A DNA stretch of 64,000 bases from Candidatus Micrarchaeota archaeon (GTDB taxonomy: Archaea > Micrarchaeota > Micrarchaeia > Micrarchaeales > CABMGC01): contig JAJYVH010000001.1 of NCBI GenBank assembly GCA_021792095.1, positions 317,324-381,323 on the forward strand. The letters run 5' to 3'. The notes below the pieces were generated by a model, which was given only the letters and a program-made list of their open reading frames with translations, was not told the DNA's origin and did no database searches. Within the stretch, counting starts at the first letter, position 1; every line of letters begins with the position of its first letter. This document shows positions 60,010-64,000 of this stretch, one piece after another. A program made the position numbers and the translations under genes.

Positions 60010-60060
60010 CACCTTGATGTACGAGTTCAACGACAAGATGTACGGCAGCCTGGCGTAGCT

Positions 60061-61119
60061 CTAGACCCAGGAGCTCATTCCTTTCTGCCCCGCTGCAGAC
60101 CTGTATCCTACCAGCATGTCTGCGAACTTCGCGACCCTTTCCTTGGAGAAGCCGTGCTCCGTGCACATGAACCTGAGGAGCGCCTCCCTGTCTGGCTTTG
60201 CGTCCTTGAGCAGCGAGTTGAACTCGCCCTGCTCCATCTCCCTCACTTCGGGGTTCAGGAAAATTGACTCTATCTCCTCGGGGTCCGCCTCGAACGATGC
60301 GCCGTACTTGGCTTCCGCAGCGCTCACCACTTCCTGCAGGCTGCTCTTGTCCCTGACCAGCTTCAGCGCTGTCTTGGCCCCAACGCCAGGCACGCCTTCG
60401 TTGAAGTCTGTGCCGACGAGCATGCCGAGCCACACCAGCTGCTCGTGCGTTATGCCCAGGCCGGAGAGCAGCCTCTTCAGCTCTATGCGCTCCGGGCGTA
60501 TTTCTACGAACACGTTCTTCCTGGGCAGCTTGCGCCTGCCCGTTATCGTAAGGTTCCTCACCGCTATCGGCGAACCGAACAGGAAAAGGTCGTAGTCCTG
60601 GCTGGCGCTCGCATAGACGCGGCCGTCCGCAGCCAGCCTGGACGCCTGGGCCTCGCCCTCGCTGGGCGCCTGTATGTGCGCTATGCCCATAAGGTCCAGC
60701 AGCCTCTTCGAGCTCTCCACTATCTCCTTGTTTATCCTTGTGCTGGCCATGGCGTGCTGCCTCGCCTCCTCCAGCATGCCCTTCTTCAGCGCCTCGCTCC
60801 ACTCCTTTGCCGCCTCCTCGCGCCTCCGGACCCTGGCCTCTATTGTGCGCTGCTTGAGCGCTGGCGGCATGCCGTCGAATACGAAGACGGGCGTTATCTT
60901 GTGCTCGAGGAGGCTCGCGGTGCGGTAGAACAGGCCAGACAGGTGGCTGGTTGTGGCGCCGTTCTGGTCCCTGAGCGGCATGCCGTCCGGCCCCCTTATT
61001 ATCGACAGGAACTGGTAGATTGTGTTGTAAGCGTCGACAGCGATGATCCTGTTCGACAGCTGGTCGAGCGATATCTCCTCCTTGGCTCCTGCGACAAGGG
61101 GCCCGAGCTCTACGGCCAC
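60061..61119 (-). CDS. fen: flap endonuclease 1 (FEN-1)
   Basis: IAVDAYNTIYQFLSIIRG...TSHLSGLFYRT...PVFVFDG and H3TH GVPGVGAKTALKLV. Confidence 0.95.
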   Translation of the reverse strand: MAVELGPLVAGAKEEISLDQLSNRIIAVDAYNTIYQFLSIIRGPDGMPLRDQNGATTSHLSGLFYRTASLLEHKITPVFVFDGMPPALKQRTIEARVRRREEAAKEWSEALKKGMLEEARQHAMASTRINKEIVESSKRLLDLMGIAHIQAPSEGEAQASRLAADGRVYASASQDYDLFLFGSPIAVRNLTITGRRKLPRKNVFVEIRPERIELKRLLSGLGITHEQLVWLGMLVGTDFNEGVPGVGAKTALKLVRDKSSLQEVVSAAEAKYGASFEADPEEIESIFLNPEVREMEQGEFNSLLKDAKPDREALLRFMCTEHGFSKERVAKFADMLVGYRSAAGQKGMSSWV

Positions 61120-61602
61120 TTACTCGTCCCCGCCTTTCTCCGGCTTTATCATGTCCCCGAGCGTTATCCTGTCAGGTTCGCGCTGCGGCTGCCTGGCGCT
61201 CGCGGGCACCTTGACTATCAGCCTTATGCCCAGCTCCCTCTCCAGCTTCTTCCTGGTCTTTTCGCTGGGCAGAGTCTCCTGTTTCTCGACCTTGGCGAGC
61301 GTGCTCTCCTTCTCGCTTATGCGCTCCGCGAGCACCTTCAGCGGAAGGGACATGCGCTCCCTGGCGCTCCTGATGAGCTCCCCGTAGTTCTCCGCAAGCT
61401 CCTCGCTCATCGCCTCCTGCTCCTGCTGCGCAGCCTGCCTCCCGCCTTGGGGCGTGGGCTGCTTCTTCTGCCCGAGCACGCCTATGACCTGCCTGCCCCT
61501 GGCGCACTTCTCGCAGGCCAGCGTCCGCACTCCCTCGAAATCTATCTCGTAGACTACCTCGGCTCGCTTGCCGCAAATCTCGCACTCCTGCATTCCCGAC
61601 AC
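61120..61602 (-). CDS. mbf1: archaeal multiprotein bridging factor 1 (zinc ribbon + XRE-type HTH)
   Basis: CEICGKRA...CEKC, followed by an HTH segment IRSARERMSLPLKVLAERISEKESTLAKVE. Confidence 0.8.
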   Translation of the reverse strand: MSGMQECEICGKRAEVVYEIDFEGVRTLACEKCARGRQVIGVLGQKKQPTPQGGRQAAQQEQEAMSEELAENYGELIRSARERMSLPLKVLAERISEKESTLAKVEKQETLPSEKTRKKLERELGIRLIVKVPASARQPQREPDRITLGDMIKPEKGGDE

Positions 61603-61644
61603 ACCTAGCCTAATATACCTGAGCTAAGATAAAAAGGTGATGCT

Positions 61645-63108
61645 ATGGCCAGGAGCGGCGATGCCAGAAAGGTGGGCAAACCGGGCGCAGCTCAGAAGGC
61701 TGCGGTGACTGTGTCGGTGGCCGCGGCCTCGGTCCTGGCGCTGGCGTTCCTGGCACTTTACAACGGAGACCTGGTGGTCAGGGTGCTGGCCGCCCTGCTG
61801 GTGCTGGTCGTTTCCGGAAGGATGATAGCCAGGGCGAATGGAGTAAAGGATTCCTATGGTGCATACATGCTCGGCGGTAGGCGCGGCATAAGGGCGATAG
61901 AGTCGCTGTCCAAATGGAGGCCTAGAGCATGGCTGGCTTTTGCGGACTGGGGGCTCGCATTCAGCTTCGGCGCAGCCTCGCTGCTCATGTTCAGGAACAG
62001 GCTGAGCAGGAAGGCGATACTCGCCGGCATCATAAGCATAGTGCTCATACTCGTGTTCGTCTTCCCATACCTGTCGCTCGTGCTAGATTTCATCACAATA
62101 CCGCAGATAACATCGCATCTGTCTGCAGCCTCGGCGAGCGCAGGGCCCAGCGTAGTTTTCTACCTGCTCGTGCTCATCAGCGTGCTCGGCGGGTTCAGCG
62201 CCGCGACCATATTCCTGATATTCTACAGCGGCGTGTCCATACTCTACGAAACGCTCCTCTTCGTCTTCGGCCTGCTGACGCAGCACCCCAATCCATCGCT
62301 GCTCACGAGCCAGGTGCCCGGCGTAGCGCCGCTCATACCCGGACTGACGATACCGCTCTTCGCAGGCCTGGCGACGCTGATAATACTGCTCGTGGTGCAC
62401 GAGTTCTCGCACGGCGTCCTCGCGAAGATAGCCAGGATAAGGATAAAGTCTATAGGCGCCATACTCTTCGGGATAGTGCCCCTTGGCGCTTTCGTGGAGC
62501 CTGACGAGAAGCAGGTGAAGAGGCTGGGCAAGCAGGCGCAGGACCGCATCTCCGTAGCCGGTGTCTCGGCCAACATGCTAGTGTGCCTGTTCTTCTTCGT
62601 CCTCTCGCTTGCCACGATCTACTTCGTGCTCCCTGGCATAAGCACCGACGGCGTGCTTGTCACGCAGACCGTGAAGGGCTACCCCGCATACGGCGTCATA
62701 CCGAACGGCACTGTGATAACAGGCTGGAACAACGTGAGCATAGCCAACTCGTACGACCTCGCCCGCGTGGAGGCCGCGTACGTGGCAGGCGCGCACGTGG
62801 TCCTGCGCACGGGCAGCGGCGCCATAGGCATAGTCCCCGAAAGCACGGGCGAGCTGGGCATACTCACCGCGCCAGCGGTGCAGACCGCCGGCTATCAGGT
62901 GGCCGACTTCTTCTTTGCTGTTTTCGCGCTGTCCTTCGGCCTCAACTTCTTCGTGGCAATCTTCAACCTGCTGCCGCTCCCGCTCTTCGATGGCTGGCGC
63001 ATCTACCAGAACAGCATAAGGAACAAGCGCGCTCTCAACGCGCTCGCCGCGCTTGTGATAGTGTCGATACTGCTCAACATACTGCCCTGGTTCTGGAGCG
63101 CCGCCTGA
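61645..63108 (+). CDS. site-2 protease family (M50) membrane metalloprotease
   Basis: HEFSHGVLAK (HExxH) and NLLPLPLFDGWRIY (NxxPxxxLDG). Polytopic, with a central PDZ-like insert. Confidence 0.85.
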   Translation: MARSGDARKVGKPGAAQKAAVTVSVAAASVLALAFLALYNGDLVVRVLAALLVLVVSGRMIARANGVKDSYGAYMLGGRRGIRAIESLSKWRPRAWLAFADWGLAFSFGAASLLMFRNRLSRKAILAGIISIVLILVFVFPYLSLVLDFITIPQITSHLSAASASAGPSVVFYLLVLISVLGGFSAATIFLIFYSGVSILYETLLFVFGLLTQHPNPSLLTSQVPGVAPLIPGLTIPLFAGLATLIILLVVHEFSHGVLAKIARIRIKSIGAILFGIVPLGAFVEPDEKQVKRLGKQAQDRISVAGVSANMLVCLFFFVLSLATIYFVLPGISTDGVLVTQTVKGYPAYGVIPNGTVITGWNNVSIANSYDLARVEAAYVAGAHVVLRTGSGAIGIVPESTGELGILTAPAVQTAGYQVADFFFAVFALSFGLNFFVAIFNLLPLPLFDGWRIYQNSIRNKRALNALAALVIVSILLNILPWFWSAA

Positions 63109-63185
63109 ACCTCCTGCGCCCTCGCCCCGCAGCCAAATGTCTTTTAATCTTTCTTGCGCATAGAGAACAGGCGACCGGGAATTTC

Positions 63186-64000
63186 ATGGCGGAGGAATTT
63201 GTTTCGCAGGACGACGAGGAACTACTTAAGTTCATAGAGTCGTCAAAGCCGAAGATATACATAGTCGGTGCAGGGGGCAGCGGCTCCAACACAATAACCA
63301 GGATGGCGGAGTCCAACATAGAGGGAGCTACGCTGGTCGCGGCCAACACAGACGCGCAGCACCTCCTCAGGACAAGGTCGCAGCGCAAGCTGCTTATAGG
63401 TAAGAAGACCACGCGGGGCCTCGGGGCGGGCAGCGACCCGAGAGTGGGCGAGGAGGCGGCCCACGAGACCAAGGACGAGATAAGGCACGCGATAGGCGAC
63501 GCCCAGCTCGTTTTCGTTACATGCGGGCTCGGAGGCGGCACTGGCACAGGCGCAGCGCCGATAATAGCGCACGAGGCCAAGGAGACGGGCGCGCTCACAA
63601 TCGGCATAGTCACGCTCCCGTTCTCGACCGAGGGCAGGGCGCGGATGCGCGTCGCCGTGGAAGGCCTGCAGAAGCTCAGGCGCGCCACGGACACGACCAT
63701 AATAATACCCAACGACAAGCTGCTCAACATAGCGCCCGACCTGCCGCTCAACATGGCGTTCAAGGTCAGCGACGAGGTGCTCGCCAGCGCGGCCAAGGGG
63801 ATAGTGGAGATGGTCACGAAGCCGGGCATGGTGAACATAGACTTCGCCGATCTCAGGAGCGTGCTAAAGGACTCCGGCTACGCAGTGATAGGCGTGGGCG
63901 AGAGCAGCAACATGCAGAGCAAGGACAGGGCAGTTATAGCCGTGGAGAACACGCTGAAGAGCCCGCTGCTCGACGTTGACCTCACCACTGCCAAGAAGGC
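63186..64000 (+). CDS. ftsZ: cell division protein FtsZ (3' end beyond window)
   Basis: Not in the ORF track because no stop falls in the window. My translation from ATG 63186: ...IYIVGAGGSGSNTI...NTDAQHL...GLGAGSDP...CGLGGGTGTGAAP (tubulin signature). Confidence 0.95.
   Translation, partial: MAEEFVSQDDEELLKFIESSKPKIYIVGAGGSGSNTITRMAESNIEGATLVAANTDAQHLLRTRSQRKLLIGKKTTRGLGAGSDPRVGEEAAHETKDEIRHAIGDAQLVFVTCGLGGGTGTGAAPIIAHEAKETGALTIGIVTLPFSTEGRARMRVAVEGLQKLRRATDTTIIIPNDKLLNIAPDLPLNMAFKVSDEVLASAAKGIVEMVTKPGMVNIDFADLRSVLKDSGYAVIGVGESSNMQSKDRAVIAVENTLKSPLLDVDLTTAKK

Larger units (their letters stand above)
59400..60019. mobile_element. AT-rich toxin-antitoxin cassette inserted between 24-30 bp direct repeats
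   Basis: Direct repeats TACGAGTTCAACGACAAGATGTAC lie at 59376-59399 and 60020-60043. The interior is AT-rich and encodes an RHH antitoxin and a RelE-like toxin. Confidence 0.7.

Noticed and set aside
60445-61608. 387-aa plus-strand ORF
   Set aside because: It is antisense to fen and mbf1, both of which have clear family motifs.
1-64000. CRISPR arrays, cas operons, or known multi-gene defence systems (R-M, BREX, CBASS, etc.)
   Set aside because: I saw no regularly spaced direct repeats with unique spacers and no recognisable defence gene sets. The only Cas-related gene is the solo Cas4-like nuclease.

Overview
This is a GC-rich archaeal chromosomal window that is densely coded on both strands. 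The six-frame track contains many long spurious antisense ORFs, which is typical of high-GC DNA.

Core content:
- Two ribosomal/RNA polymerase clusters: rpoD-tRNALeu-uL13-uS9-rpoN-tRNAPro-uS2, and uS13-uS4-uS11. eS8 lies elsewhere.
- Translation factors aIF2-beta and aIF1A.
- Five aminoacyl-tRNA synthetases: MetRS, AlaRS, class I LysRS, AspRS and AsnRS.
- Replication, repair and division genes: FEN-1, a short XPF/ERCC4 nuclease and FtsZ (partial at the window end).
- Lipid genes: CDP-archaeol synthase, UppS and a dolichol-kinase-like protein.
- A type IV pilus (Tad/archaellum-like) locus with class III signal-peptide pilins.
- Ornithine carbamoyltransferase plus carbamate kinase.
- A LemA-HtpX pair.
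- Six tRNAs, two of them with introns and one of those introns in the T-loop.
- A 23S rRNA with no linked 16S or 5S.
- A candidate SRP (7S) RNA.

The gene content and architecture suggest a small-genome euryarchaeote or DPANN-like archaeon. That is an inference only.

Accessory and unusual content:
1. A ~3.9-kb AT-rich integrated element lies at tRNA-Asn. It is bounded by a 14-bp direct repeat and carries a decayed tyrosine integrase, a frameshifted PCNA-like clamp, iteron-like repeats and two membrane-protein cargo genes.
2. A 768-bp AT-rich insertion is bounded by perfect 14-bp inverted repeats and a 9-bp near-duplication.
3. An AT-rich RHH-antitoxin/RelE-toxin cassette is inserted into the 3' end of a gene. 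A 24-30 bp direct repeat regenerates that gene's C-terminus.
4. Two independent genes (uS4 and the RelE-like toxin) have ACG exactly where the conserved initiator Met is expected.
5. Two genes have single-nucleotide homopolymer frameshifts.

I found no CRISPR array and no clearly recognisable multi-gene defence system. All calls come from reading the sequence and from remembered family motifs; no searches were run.
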